A stretch of DNA of 46,158 nt from Candidatus Zapsychrus exili (GCA_030765585.1 JAVCCJ010000069.1:1-46158); one strand, 5' to 3'; positions 30,512 to 43,036 are shown, numbered from the stretch's first letter. The notes: generated by a model from the letters alone, not told the origin. Translations and numbers: made by a program.

Positions 30512-31412
30512 CTAAATCCTCTCCGCTACTCTAAATCTTGCGCTACGTGCACGCAGGTTTTCATTTACTTCCTTGTCAGTTGGTCTTAAAGGCTTCTTTG
30601 TTATTATTTTTGCTTTTAAATCCCCAGCTAAGACCTTAAATTTATTCTTAACAATTTTATCCTCAAGAGAATGAAATGCGATAATGCCTATACGACCACC
30701 TGGATTTAAGAAATCAAAACACTTATCCAATACTATCTCTAGTGATTCTAATTCTCTGTTTACTGCAATTCTAAAAGCCTGAACCGTTCTTGTTGCTGGA
30801 TGTATCTTATATCTTGCCTTCATGCGAGGGATAGCTCTTAGGATAATCTTGCTCAACTGTTTTGTGGTTGAAATGGGTTCCTCCGCCCGCATCAAAACTA
30901 TTTTCTGAGCTATCCTCTTGTGCCATTGTTCTTGACCGAAATCATTAAGTATTTGAGATATCTCTTGTTCAGATAAAGAATTAATCAAATCAAAAGCAGA
31001 TATCTTACTTCCCTGATCCATTCTCATATCTATTGGACCATTATGTCTTATACTAAAACCTCTCTCTGCATTGTCTAATTGTAGGCTTGAAAGCCCCAAA
31101 TCAAGCAATATTCCGTTCGAGAGACTTTATTTCTAAATTGTTTAATACTTTATCTATATTCTTAAAATTGTCCTGTACTAAATCACACCGACAATCATAC
31201 TGTTCTAAATCTTTTTTTGCCAACTCTAAAGCTTGCTTATCACGATCTATCCCTATCAATCTTCCGTCAGATCCAAGAATCTTTGCTATTTCTTTTGAAT
31301 GTCCAGCTAAACCCAATGTTCCATCTAAAAATATTGATCCAGGTTTTAAATTTAAATATTCAATTACCTCACCCAACATAACGGGAGTATGAATATTTTG
31401 TGTTCCTTGCAT
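30512..31412 (-). CDS. rsmH: 16S rRNA m4C1402 methyltransferase, split by a +1 frameshift at about 31116
   Basis: HTPVM, DGTLGLAGH, then DLGLSSLQLD, DMRM, HPATR, FHSLED, RARSA. Removing one A restores LDGILLDLG. Confidence 0.92.
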
Positions 31413-31484
31413 CTTAAGATCGTGCCCTTCTGATATTAATTAATTTACCTTTTATAAAATTGCTACTTTAAAACATTTACTAGC

Positions 31485-31922
31485 TTAAAGATCGAGCATA
31501 TTTTCTGATATTTCTTCGAAAGAACCACTTGAATTAGAATAAAATTCATTCCAATCTTTCTTGTTCCAAATTTCAATTCTATTTGATACGCCAATAATAA
31601 CTGTTTCTCTTTTGATATTTGCGTAGTCTTTTAAATACTGCGGAATAATAAATCTTCCCTGCTTATCAGGTGATATATCTGCGGCACCAGAGAAAAACAT
31701 ACGATTAAAATTTCTAGACTGTTGTTTTGTAAACGAAAGGTTTTTAAACTTCTGCTCTTGAATTCTCCACTCGGACTCACTAAACATAAAAATACATTTA
31801 TCTAAGCCTCTTGTTAAAAAGAATTTCTCAACTCCGTACTCTTTGCATACTTCACGGACTTTCGACGGCAGGATTAGTCTTGCTTTATTATCAATATTAT
31901 GTTGGTATTCACCGTAGAACAT
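31485..31922 (-). CDS. mraZ: Transcriptional regulator MraZ
   Basis: MFYGEY..IDNKARL, DKQGR, RIEIW. Confidence 0.95.
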   Translation of the reverse strand: MFYGEYQHNIDNKARLILPSKVREVCKEYGVEKFFLTRGLDKCIFMFSESEWRIQEQKFKNLSFTKQQSRNFNRMFFSGAADISPDKQGRFIIPQYLKDYANIKRETVIIGVSNRIEIWNKKDWNEFYSNSSGSFEEISENMLDL

Positions 31923-31990
31923 CTAAGAATCCTTATAATAAAGTTTTATTAAAATAATGATACAATTTAGACAAAAGTGCGAATTAGTTA

Positions 31991-32020
31991 GCACACCACT
32001 TTCCACCACTTTGCCCCACT
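31991..32020 (-). promoter_or_regulatory. MraZ operator: three AGTGG direct repeats at 10-bp period
   Basis: Minus strand AGTGGGGCAA AGTGGTGGAA AGTGGTGTGC, just downstream of the promoter. Confidence 0.85.
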
Positions 32021-32029
32021 ATTGTCCTC

Positions 32030-32058
32030 AGTATACATATAACAATGGGCTATGTCAA
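32030..32058 (-). promoter_or_regulatory. Sigma70 promoter of the dcw cluster
   Basis: TTGACA-17 nt-TATACT on the minus strand. Confidence 0.8.
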
Positions 32059-32163
32059 TATATAACTAACAATATTTTATCTATATTATTGATACACAAC
32101 GACTTGTACATAAAATGCGGATTAAATACTACATATTGTATGTTTTAAGTAGTGTTTGGGAGG

Positions 32164-33099
32164 CTATTTTAGGAGGGGCCTAATTTTCTTCTCATCTCTT
32201 TTTATTTGATCGATGAGACGCTTTAAAGTGGGAAATGTTTTTTCTTCTCTAATCTTTTTATAAAATTCTATTACAACGCTTTTTCCATATATATTTTCCT
32301 TAAAATCAAAAATATTTACTTCAATGTTTACATCATTCTTATTTTTATTAAAAAATGGCCTTATGCCTACATTTGCCATTCCATTATGCTTATTCTTATC
32401 TTTCAAAATTTTAACAGCATAGACTCCGGCTGGAGGATAAATCTTGTTTTTGGGACAAACATTTATTGTTGGATATCCTATCTTCTTTCCACGTCCTGCC
32501 CCTTTTACAACTTTTCCCATAAAAGAAACTGGTCTTCCCAAAAACTTACTTGCCTGATCTAGCTTTCCATCTGCAATTAAACTTCGAATATCAGTACTAC
32601 TTATCTTCAATTCATGTTTTTTATCAAAACAAATTGGATGCACAGTATCTACCTTAAACCCATACTCACTTCCCGCTTCTTTAAAATATTCTAATGTACC
32701 TTTTCTTTTTCCTCCAAATCTAAAATCATCTCCAACAAAGACATCTACAGGTTTTATTTTTTTGACTAGATATCTATCAACAAACTTCTCTGGAGTTAAA
32801 TGAGCAAACGCCTTTGTAAAAGAAATAACTATTGCTACATCTATTCCAAGTTGTTCTATAATCTTTAATCTATAATCTAAAGAAATCATTAACTTTAATT
32901 TCTTATTTGGATGCAATACCTGCATTGGATGAGGAGAAAATGTCATAAGCATGCTCGTGCCTTTTATTCTCTTCGCTTTATTTACTGCTTTTTTAATCAA
33001 TGCCTGATGTCCTAAATGCAAACCATCAAAAACACCAACAACTAAAACAGTTCTCTTAAAACTTTTAACTATATTAGAACTTCCGTATACTACTTTCAT
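32164..33099 (-). CDS. ribF: Bifunctional riboflavin kinase/FAD synthetase
   Basis: GVFDGLHLGHQ, GDDFRFG, ISSTDIR, GRGKKIGYPTIN, IREEKTF. Confidence 0.95.
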   Translation of the reverse strand: MKVVYGSSNIVKSFKRTVLVVGVFDGLHLGHQALIKKAVNKAKRIKGTSMLMTFSPHPMQVLHPNKKLKLMISLDYRLKIIEQLGIDVAIVISFTKAFAHLTPEKFVDRYLVKKIKPVDVFVGDDFRFGGKRKGTLEYFKEAGSEYGFKVDTVHPICFDKKHELKISSTDIRSLIADGKLDQASKFLGRPVSFMGKVVKGAGRGKKIGYPTINVCPKNKIYPPAGVYAVKILKDKNKHNGMANVGIRPFFNKNKNDVNIEVNIFDFKENIYGKSVVIEFYKKIREEKTFPTLKRLIDQIKRDEKKIRPLLK

Positions 33100-33733
33100 T
33101 TAGCTCCTCTAAACTAACAGCTTCTTCTATCTTAAACTCACCTACTTTTGTTCGTCTTATCTGAGAAATACAAGCTCCACAGCCTAATTTCTTTCCAACG
33201 TCTTCTGCTAATTGACGCACATACGTTCCTTTTGAACACTCTAAAGAAAACTCTACATAAGGACTATTCATCTTGTTCAATACTAAGCTATATATTTCTA
33301 TATCTCGAGCAGCACGCTGAACTTCTATGCCCTTTCTTGCAAGCTCATAAAGCTTTCTTCCTTTATGTCTAACAGCGGACACCATTGGAGGAACTTGTTG
33401 AATCTTTCCAACAAAACTTTCAAACGTATCTTTGACTTGTTGTTCAGTTATATTATCAAATGAAGATTGCTTTATAATTTTTCCTTCTGTATCAGCAGAA
33501 CTTGTTTCTGTTCCTAAAATAAGCGTTGCATCATACGCTTTATCAAACCCAATAAACTTAGAAGACAGCTTCGTTGCCTTGCCTATCAAAAGGACAAGAA
33601 CCCCTGTTGCAAGCGGATCGAGAGTTCCTGCATGACCAACCTTTTTTATTTTAAACTTACGCCTTACTCTATCTACTACATCGTGCGAAGTAATACGTTT
33701 TGGCTTATCTATAATTGCAATTCCTTCTAGCAT
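33074..33733 (-). CDS. truB: tRNA pseudouridine(55) synthase
   Basis: TSHDVV, GHAGTLDPLATG, PPMVSA, CSKGTYVR. Confidence 0.96.
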   Translation of the reverse strand: MLEGIAIIDKPKRITSHDVVDRVRRKFKIKKVGHAGTLDPLATGVLVLLIGKATKLSSKFIGFDKAYDATLILGTETSSADTEGKIIKQSSFDNITEQQVKDTFESFVGKIQQVPPMVSAVRHKGRKLYELARKGIEVQRAARDIEIYSLVLNKMNSPYVEFSLECSKGTYVRQLAEDVGKKLGCGACISQIRRTKVGEFKIEEAVSLEELNESSIRKF

Positions 33734-34689
33734 AGTTCTCTTTTAATTTCCTTTAATACTTTTCTTTTAGCACTTTTCATTGTATCTACCATTACGCATC
33801 CGCTTGCGGCTCTATGCCCTCCTCCAGAAAACTTTTGAGCTATCTTAGCTACATCTACTTTGTTCATAGATCTAAAATTAACTTGAGTACTGTTTCGTTT
33901 TACTTCTGTAAAAATAACAAACACTCCAATATCTCTTATAGTACGTATATATCTAAACAATGCTTCTCTTACATCAAATTCACAAGAAAATTTAGATAAT
34001 GTTCTTTTGCTTAATTCAATAACAGCTACGTTACCTTTAGATGAAACCTTTATAGACTCTAAAACTTTTGTGAGTTTTCTAAAATCAACAATAGATATAT
34101 TCTCATAAAATTTCTTATATATATTAGAAACAGACAAATTAAATGCCATCAATTCTGACGCTATTCTATGAGTTCCCTTGCCCGTATTCTCATACCTAAA
34201 AGATCCTGTATCTGTCATAATGCCTGAGTAAAGATGTGTAGCTATTTCTTTATTAAGTTTAAATTTGATCGTCTTAAAGAATTCGTACAAAACCTCTGCG
34301 GTAGAAGACGCATGAGGATACACCAAATTAAATGTTCCAAATGAGTCACTTGTTTTATGATGATCTATATTAATTATGGTTTTGTTTATATCTATCAAGT
34401 GCCTGACCTTCCCTATCCTTTTAAGCTCACCGGCATCCACTACAATTAAAACATCATAATTTATTGATTTAAGATCATTTAAACTTTTTGCATTCTTTAT
34501 TCCGGGCAAAAAATCAAATTTAGTTGAAGCTCTTTTTTCATTTACAATAAATACTGTCTTGCCTAACGAACGCAAATAATAATACAATGCTAATTCTGAA
34601 CACAAAGCGTCTGCATCAGGATTGACATGAGTACTTATAAAAAATATTTTGTTTTTACTTATCGCTTGGGTTATCTTCTTTATGCTCAT
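33727..34689 (-). CDS. nrnA: DHH/DHHA1 nanoRNase / pAp phosphatase
   Basis: HVNPDAD, NIDHH, TDTGSF, GGGHRAASG; rbfA-nrnA-truB context. Confidence 0.9.
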   Translation of the reverse strand: MSIKKITQAISKNKIFFISTHVNPDADALCSELALYYYLRSLGKTVFIVNEKRASTKFDFLPGIKNAKSLNDLKSINYDVLIVVDAGELKRIGKVRHLIDINKTIINIDHHKTSDSFGTFNLVYPHASSTAEVLYEFFKTIKFKLNKEIATHLYSGIMTDTGSFRYENTGKGTHRIASELMAFNLSVSNIYKKFYENISIVDFRKLTKVLESIKVSSKGNVAVIELSKRTLSKFSCEFDVREALFRYIRTIRDIGVFVIFTEVKRNSTQVNFRSMNKVDVAKIAQKFSGGGHRAASGCVMVDTMKSAKRKVLKEIKRELC

Positions 34690-35020
34690 CTCTTATTTCC
34701 TCTATTGTTTTATCGATACGTACACTGCATTCTATAGTATCGTCGTATAAAAATGACAAATCAGGTGTACGACGTATCTTCATTGCTTTACTTAGCAGAC
34801 GCTTAATCATGCCTCTTGCAGAATTAAGACCTTCACCTGCTTCTTTTACGTTTTGATTATCGCCTAACACGCTATAATAGATTCGTGCATTATGTAAATC
34901 AGGACTCACATCGGCCCTCGTTATTGTTACAAATTGTAATCTAGGATCATTTAACTCTCTTTGTACAATTATGCCTATTTCTCTTTTAACTTGCTGATTT
35001 ACTCTTTCCATTCTTCCCAT
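34655..35020 (-). CDS. rbfA: Ribosome-binding factor A
   Basis: DPRL.FVTIT, VSPDL, RRTPDLSFLYD. Confidence 0.95.
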   Translation of the reverse strand: MGRMERVNQQVKREIGIIVQRELNDPRLQFVTITRADVSPDLHNARIYYSVLGDNQNVKEAGEGLNSARGMIKRLLSKAMKIRRTPDLSFLYDDTIECSVRIDKTIEEIRDEHKEDNPSDK

Positions 35021-35048
35021 TATTTATTTTCCTCCACCTCGGTTATTT

Positions 35049-35996
35049 CTAAGAAAGCTTATTTAAAATATCATCAGATTTATACCATTCTAAAACAATC
35101 TTCTTTTCTTTTTTAGTAATCTGAAACTTTTCTAAATTATCTTCTAATGTTTTTATTTTTAATTTCTTAAACAATGCCGCCATATACATAGCAGACCTAC
35201 CTATGTTCTTGCCACCTATGTCTTTAAGTCGCAAGTGAAGCTGGCGAACATTTCTTAAACACATCCTAGGACGAAACCCCAAAAACTTCTCTGCGCCAAG
35301 TTCTCTTAGACGCTTTAGGCACTTGACGGGGTCATCCTCTTTAAACATTTTTCTAAATTCATTAAAATACCTAGCAGATGTAACGGTGTCTGGTGCATTT
35401 TTATCTATTGCCTGCTTTAGCAGTTTTAATGTTTTATTTTCTATTTGAAACCCTAATCTCGCCTCAAACCTTATTGCACGCAATATCCGAGTCGGGTCAT
35501 CTATAAAACTTTTATTGTGAAGCACTCTTATTTTCTTCTTTTTTAAATCATCTACACCTTTAAATTCATCTATTAAATTACCAAAACTATTTTTATTTAT
35601 TGATATACCAATCGCATTAATAGTAAAATCTCGTCTAAAAAGGTCGTCTCTCAAAGATCCTAATTCAACATCAGGTAATGCTCCAAGAGTTTTATAACTC
35701 TCTTTTCTTGCCATTACAAAATCTATTGATGCACCATTATTTAAAAATAAGGTTGCAGTTTTAAATTTACTATACACAACAAGTCTGCCTTTAATAATCT
35801 TAGAAATATTCTTTGCAAAATCAATTGCATCAGAAACAATAGCAATATCAAGATCTAAGCTTTTCTTGTCCAATATAATATCTCTTACAACGCCGCCAAC
35901 AATATAGGCTCGCTTTTTTAAAGAATCTGCTTTATCGCCTATTTTTTTTATTAAAACTAATTGCTCTTTATCTAAATTTTCTAAATAATTTTTCAT
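35049..35996 (-). CDS. cca: tRNA nucleotidyltransferase (CCA/poly(A) polymerase family)
   Basis: VGGVVRD, DLD, DLFRRDFTINA, DDPTRILRAIRF. Confidence 0.88.
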   Translation of the reverse strand: MKNYLENLDKEQLVLIKKIGDKADSLKKRAYIVGGVVRDIILDKKSLDLDIAIVSDAIDFAKNISKIIKGRLVVYSKFKTATLFLNNGASIDFVMARKESYKTLGALPDVELGSLRDDLFRRDFTINAIGISINKNSFGNLIDEFKGVDDLKKKKIRVLHNKSFIDDPTRILRAIRFEARLGFQIENKTLKLLKQAIDKNAPDTVTSARYFNEFRKMFKEDDPVKCLKRLRELGAEKFLGFRPRMCLRNVRQLHLRLKDIGGKNIGRSAMYMAALFKKLKIKTLEDNLEKFQITKKEKKIVLEWYKSDDILNKLS

Positions 35997-35997
35997 C

Positions 35998-36888
35998 CTA
36001 CCCTCTTGGGTGAAATTGTTTATGTACTAACTTTAATCTTTCGCGATCTACATGCGTATATATTTGCGTCGTAGATATATCAGAATGTCCAAGCATTTCC
36101 TGAACTGAACGAAGATCAGCTCCGTGTTCTAGTAAATGAGTCGCAAAAGAATGTCTTAAGGTATGAGGCTTAATTTCCTTTTTAATTTTTGCAAGTTTTG
36201 CATATCTTTTGACAATTTTCCAAATACTTTGCCTGCTTATTTTTTTACCGAGTCTACTTAAAAATAAAGATTGAGAAAAATTTCCTTTAAGCATTTTTTT
36301 TCTAACACCCTCATTATATTTTACAATAGATGCTCTTGCGTTCTTGCCGATAGGAACGATTCTTTCCTTTCTGCCTTTTCCAATACATCTTACATAGCCA
36401 ACCTCTAAATTAATATTTTCTATCTTTAAATCGACTAATTCTGATACACGCATTCCAGTTGCATATAAAAGTTCTAAAACAGCATTGTCTCGAACAGCCT
36501 GGGTTCCTCTTCCTTTCGATGCATTTATCATTGACTCAATCTCAGGCAAAGTTAGAACATCTGGAATTCTTTTCCACAATTTTGGTGTTTCAACTAAATT
36601 TGTAGGATCCTCTTGTACTAATCTTTCGCGGACTAAAAACCTATGATACATCTTAATAGCTGCAAGCGCCCTAGATATTGAATTAGCAGACAAACCCTTT
36701 TGCTTCTGGTCATACATAAAGTCTGTTATATTCTCTCTTTTAATACTCTCTGGACTTTTAATACCTTTTTTCTTAGACAAATACTTGGCATACTTCTTTA
36801 AATCTCTTTTGTAAGCAAGCAGAGTATTGTTGGCAAGTCCTCTTTCGACAGCCAAATAATTTATAAATTCTTCAATAAAATTATCCAT
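35998..36888 (-). CDS. xerD: Site-specific tyrosine recombinase XerD
   Basis: ERGLANNT, LYATGMRVSEL, GKGRKER, HTLRHSFATHLL, LGHSDISTTQIY, HPRG. Confidence 0.93.
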   Translation of the reverse strand: MDNFIEEFINYLAVERGLANNTLLAYKRDLKKYAKYLSKKKGIKSPESIKRENITDFMYDQKQKGLSANSISRALAAIKMYHRFLVRERLVQEDPTNLVETPKLWKRIPDVLTLPEIESMINASKGRGTQAVRDNAVLELLYATGMRVSELVDLKIENINLEVGYVRCIGKGRKERIVPIGKNARASIVKYNEGVRKKMLKGNFSQSLFLSRLGKKISRQSIWKIVKRYAKLAKIKKEIKPHTLRHSFATHLLEHGADLRSVQEMLGHSDISTTQIYTHVDRERLKLVHKQFHPRG

Positions 36889-36890
36889 TT

Positions 36891-39408
<2,518 letters not shown>

Positions 39409-39678
39409 TTAATATGCTATTTGAAAACCTACAAATTTACCCTCATAAGGCTTTTGACTAATTTCTTTGTTTCTAATATTGCCTGAAAAATGTTCTTCAA
39501 TCTCATGACACAATCTGCTTAAATTCTCTTTTTTACCTTCAGCCAATATCTCAACATCTCCAGATGATGTATTTCTAATCCACCCTACCAGATCTAAGCG
39601 TGAGGCAATACGCACAACTGTAAACCTAAAACCAACCCCAACAACTGTACCTGAATATAAAATATGCACTTGTATCAT
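39409..39678 (-). CDS. acyP: Acylphosphatase
   Basis: GTVVGVGFR, GWIRN..GDVE; probable start at ATG 39678. Confidence 0.85.
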   Translation of the reverse strand: MIQVHILYSGTVVGVGFRFTVVRIASRLDLVGWIRNTSSGDVEILAEGKKENLSRLCHEIEEHFSGNIRNKEISQKPYEGKFVGFQIAY

Positions 39679-39769
39679 TATAATATTTATTTTTATATTA
39701 ATAATACTATTAAAAGCGTAGTTAACAATAAGTAAGAATTTTAGTTTATCACTAATGATAATGTTCGTC

Positions 39770-39810
39770 AAACAAGAAAGGAGCCAAGCTCCCTAAGGTG
39801 CCTGGCTCCT
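39770..39810 (-). terminator. Rho-independent terminator after fabZ
   Basis: AGGAGCCAGGC...GCTTGGCTCCT followed by TTCTTGTTT on the minus strand. Confidence 0.8.
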
Positions 39811-39826
39811 GTCACTATCTCTTTTG

Positions 39827-40261
39827 CTATACTTCTTTTACGCCAAATCCTATCTCTGCTTCAGTAACCAACTTATCTTTTACAAAAGCCTGCATTTTCA
39901 AGAATCCCAATTTAGGCAACATCTTAACAGTCGTTACTTCAATCCTTAATTGATCGCCTGGTACAACTGGCGCTTTAAATTTAGCATTTACTTTAGCAAG
40001 ATAATATATAAGATTCTTGCCTTGCATATTTTTGCTATAATAGAAATAAATACATCCAGCTTGTGCCATTGCCTCAATTTGTAAAACACCTGGCATTATT
40101 TTTTCTTCAGGAAAATGCCCAACAAAAAAATGTTCATTAACTGAAACATTCTTAATAGCAACAAGTTTTTCGTTTGGCGTTAATTCTATAACCTTATCAA
40201 TAAGTAAAAATGGATATCTATGCGGAATAATTTTCTGAATTTGTTGAATATCTAATTCCAT
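39827..40261 (-). CDS. fabZ: 3-hydroxyacyl-ACP dehydratase
   Basis: IPHRYPFLLID, GHFP, MPGVLQIEAMAQ, VVPGD; ATG at 40261 with AAGGA RBS. Confidence 0.95.
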   Translation of the reverse strand: MELDIQQIQKIIPHRYPFLLIDKVIELTPNEKLVAIKNVSVNEHFFVGHFPEEKIMPGVLQIEAMAQAGCIYFYYSKNMQGKNLIYYLAKVNAKFKAPVVPGDQLRIEVTTVKMLPKLGFLKMQAFVKDKLVTEAEIGFGVKEV

Positions 40262-40287
40262 AATATGCGTTCCTTTCAATTTTAGAG

Positions 40288-40368
40288 ATCCCGACAAGTC
40301 GCTAAAGCGTCTGTCGGAATAAATTCGAGCAAAAAACTTACGCTCGCTTTGCTCCGTAAGCTATGCTC
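40288..40368. repeat. Two tandem GC-rich hairpins (REP-like)
   Basis: CCGACA..CGCT-AA-AGCG..TGTCGG and GAGCA..CTTACG...CGTAAG..TGCTC. Confidence 0.6.
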
Positions 40369-40998
40369 TCATTTACCTTTTGTCTTCTTATATGAATATG
40401 GATTTAATTTTTCATCTTTGGCTTGCGCAAATAAATATTTAGCTAAAATATCAGTCTCAATATTTATAGTATCTCCCTTTTTCTTAATTCCTAGGTTTGT
40501 AACCTCCAAGGTAAAAGGAATAAGATAAACAGAAAAATCATTCTTTCTTACATCACCTACCGTTAAACTTACACCGTCTAAAGAAACTGATCCTTTTTGA
40601 ACTATATATTTCGATAATTCTTTATTAATACTAATCCGTATCTCAGTATAATTCTCTCCTGTAATAATCTGCGTTATTTTTCTAACATTATCAACATGCC
40701 CTGAAACAAAATGACCACTTATTCTATCATTCATTCTTAACGCTCGCTCTAAGTTCACCTTTACCCCTTTTGTCGCAACACCTAATGTAGTCTTCTGCAT
40801 TGTTTCAAGCATAATATCAAAAGTAAGTACACCTGTCTTAACTTTTACAACCGTCAGACATACCCCATTAACAGATATGCTATCACCTTGCTTTGTGCCT
40901 CTAAATACTTTTTTAGCCTTAATATTTAAGACGCATAAATTCTTTTTATGAATAACGCTTTGAACAACACCAGTTTCTTCAACTATTCCTGAAAACAT
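40369..40998 (-). CDS. ribE: Riboflavin synthase (alpha chain)
   Basis: MFSGIVEE, SVNGVCLTV, NLERAL, GHFVSGHVD, DGVSLTV, NIETD. Confidence 0.95.
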   Translation of the reverse strand: MFSGIVEETGVVQSVIHKKNLCVLNIKAKKVFRGTKQGDSISVNGVCLTVVKVKTGVLTFDIMLETMQKTTLGVATKGVKVNLERALRMNDRISGHFVSGHVDNVRKITQIITGENYTEIRISINKELSKYIVQKGSVSLDGVSLTVGDVRKNDFSVYLIPFTLEVTNLGIKKKGDTINIETDILAKYLFAQAKDEKLNPYSYKKTKGK

Positions 40999-41079
40999 TT
41001 ATCAAGCCTTTCTTGTCGTACAAAAATATAACATTGTAATATTAATTTATTTACTCCAAGGAATCTTCGCCTTTCTAAA

Positions 41080-42216
41080 TCATTTAAGGTTGCGAAGCTT
41101 TCTTACATAACCCACAATAAGGGTATCTTTATATATCTTCTTAATTTCTGCATTTCTTAAATTAAGAGACTTACATATTTTACCTAAATCATAGATTCCT
41201 GCCTTCGCAGGAATGACAACTGGAACTGCTGAATCTAATGCCTTTTTATCATTAATAATCTTGGGTGCAACGTAAATGTTTAACTTATCTACCAAACTTA
41301 GTTTTATAGCATTGCTTAAAATCTCTCTGCCACCCTCTATTAGAATACTCATAATTTGTAATTTGGCAAGTTCTTTAAGGAGCCATTTTAAATTTACTTT
41401 TCCATTCTTTGCAGGAGAAACAATAACATTAACACCCTTTTCTCTTAGCAGTTTAATCTTTTTAATCTTAGCCTTATTTGTTGTAGCTATAATACAATTT
41501 TTCTTCGCTCCTACAAAAATCTTAGCACTTTCAGAAATTCTTAAAGATGAATCAATAACTATTTTCTTTAAACTCTTATTTTTTACACCAGTCAGTCTTG
41601 GATTATCTTTTATAACAGTATTTATTCCAACCGCTATAGCATCAAAATTATCACGAAGCGCTCTGGCATAATCTCTTGTTTTCTTCGTCGTTATCCATGG
41701 CTGTTTAAGCCTAGGACTTGTAATCTTAGAATTCAAACTTTGTGCTGACTTTCCGACTACAAATGGCATCTTATGCTTTATATATTTTGCAAAAGCTTCG
41801 TTCAATCTTAAGCATTCATCCTTTAATATTCCTACCTCAACTTTAATACCTGCTCGTCTTAATTTAGAAATTGATTTGCCAGAAGTAAGAGGATTAGGGT
41901 CTTTCATACCAATAATAACTTCTTTTATTTGAGCCCCAATTATAGCGTCAACACACGGTGGTGTTTTTCCATGATGAAAACATGGTTCAAGCGTAACATA
42001 AAGTGTTGCACCGGAAGCATCTTTACCTACTTTCTTTAAGGCAATTGCTTCGGCGTGAGCAAGTCCAAACTTTTTATGATATCCACTTGCGATAACTTTA
42101 TTATTTTTAACAATTACAGCTCCTACCATAGGGTTCGGAGACGTGTTAAATGCGCCTAAAGATGCTAACTTTAAGGCTTTTTGCATATAACAATTTTTAT
42201 CTTTAGGCTTTATCAT
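41080..42216 (-). CDS. ribD: Bifunctional riboflavin deaminase/reductase
   Basis: PNPMVGAV, HAE, TLEPC..TPPC, DPNP, DNPRLT, LIEGG. Confidence 0.95.
   Translation of the reverse strand: MIKPKDKNCYMQKALKLASLGAFNTSPNPMVGAVIVKNNKVIASGYHKKFGLAHAEAIALKKVGKDASGATLYVTLEPCFHHGKTPPCVDAIIGAQIKEVIIGMKDPNPLTSGKSISKLRRAGIKVEVGILKDECLRLNEAFAKYIKHKMPFVVGKSAQSLNSKITSPRLKQPWITTKKTRDYARALRDNFDAIAVGINTVIKDNPRLTGVKNKSLKKIVIDSSLRISESAKIFVGAKKNCIIATTNKAKIKKIKLLREKGVNVIVSPAKNGKVNLKWLLKELAKLQIMSILIEGGREILSNAIKLSLVDKLNIYVAPKIINDKKALDSAVPVVIPAKAGIYDLGKICKSLNLRNAEIKKIYKDTLIVGYVRKLRNLK
41194..41217. repeat. Palindromic element GATTCCTGC-CTTC-GCAGGAATGAC inside ribD, encoding VIPAKAGI
   Basis: Perfect 8-bp stem 41195-41202/41207-41214, GC-rich within an AT-rich gene. 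Confidence 0.8.
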
Positions 42217-43036
42217 TTATTTTTTGTTTTAACATTTCGACTAAGTCATACGGCATTTTTATCATGCCAATCTGTTCAAATGTTTTTGAAGCACCATGAG
42301 CATCAGAACCGCCTGTTAAAATAAGATTATGTTTCTCAGCAATCTTTTCATAAAACTTAATAATATTCTTTGATGCGCCACAATAATATACTTCAATTCC
42401 ATCTAAACCTGCCTTTACAAGTCCTGGTATTATCTCATCAGCGCCTGTCACCATAGGATGAGCGAACACTGAAGCCCCTCCTGCATCATGAATCAATTTT
42501 ATAGCTTCAGCTGGGGTTTGCTTATATTTAGCAACATACGCTGGGTCACCTTCTCCGATATATTTAGAAAAAGCTTTTGCTGTAGTCGTTATCCATCCCT
42601 TTTTCTTTAAGGTAAGCGCCAAATGGGGTCTACCAACAGAATTTGATCTAGCTAAATCACAAACCTCATCTAAAGTTATATTATCTATTCCAAAAACTTG
42701 ATTTAATTTCTCTATCATCTCTTTCATTCTTGCAATTCTAGAATCTTGAATGGAAACCAATTTCTCCATAAAATCATGACCTGGATTTCTTAAAAAATAT
42801 CCCAAAATATGTATATCGCGTCCATTGATTTCAGACGACAATTCTATTCCTGGAATTATTTCAAGATCTAACCCTTCTGCTCTTTTTAAAGCAGGCTCTA
42901 CACCTTCTATTGTGTCATGGTCTGTTATCGATATACAGCTTAAGCCATTTCTGCTTGCTTGTTCTACAACTTCTTCAGGAGATAAACTACTATCAGAGTA
43001 AGAGGTATGAATGTGGAGGTCCGCATATTTGCTCAT
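42203..43036 (-). CDS. PHP-domain metallophosphoesterase (TrpH/YciV-like)
   Basis: DLHIHT..SD, ITDHD, HILGY, GRPH, AHP, GGSDAHG. Confidence 0.9.
   Translation of the reverse strand: MSKYADLHIHTSYSDSSLSPEEVVEQASRNGLSCISITDHDTIEGVEPALKRAEGLDLEIIPGIELSSEINGRDIHILGYFLRNPGHDFMEKLVSIQDSRIARMKEMIEKLNQVFGIDNITLDEVCDLARSNSVGRPHLALTLKKKGWITTTAKAFSKYIGEGDPAYVAKYKQTPAEAIKLIHDAGGASVFAHPMVTGADEIIPGLVKAGLDGIEVYYCGASKNIIKFYEKIAEKHNLILTGGSDAHGASKTFEQIGMIKMPYDLVEMLKQKINDKA

Noticed and set aside
35998..36888. Tyrosine recombinase as a prophage or island integrase
   Set aside because: Typical XerD sequence and length in a housekeeping operon; no att site, tRNA or phage genes nearby.
39620..39660. Acylphosphatase motif GTVVGVGFR instead of GxVQGVGFR
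   Set aside because: Single substitution with the catalytic Arg and Asn retained; too weak to claim altered function.
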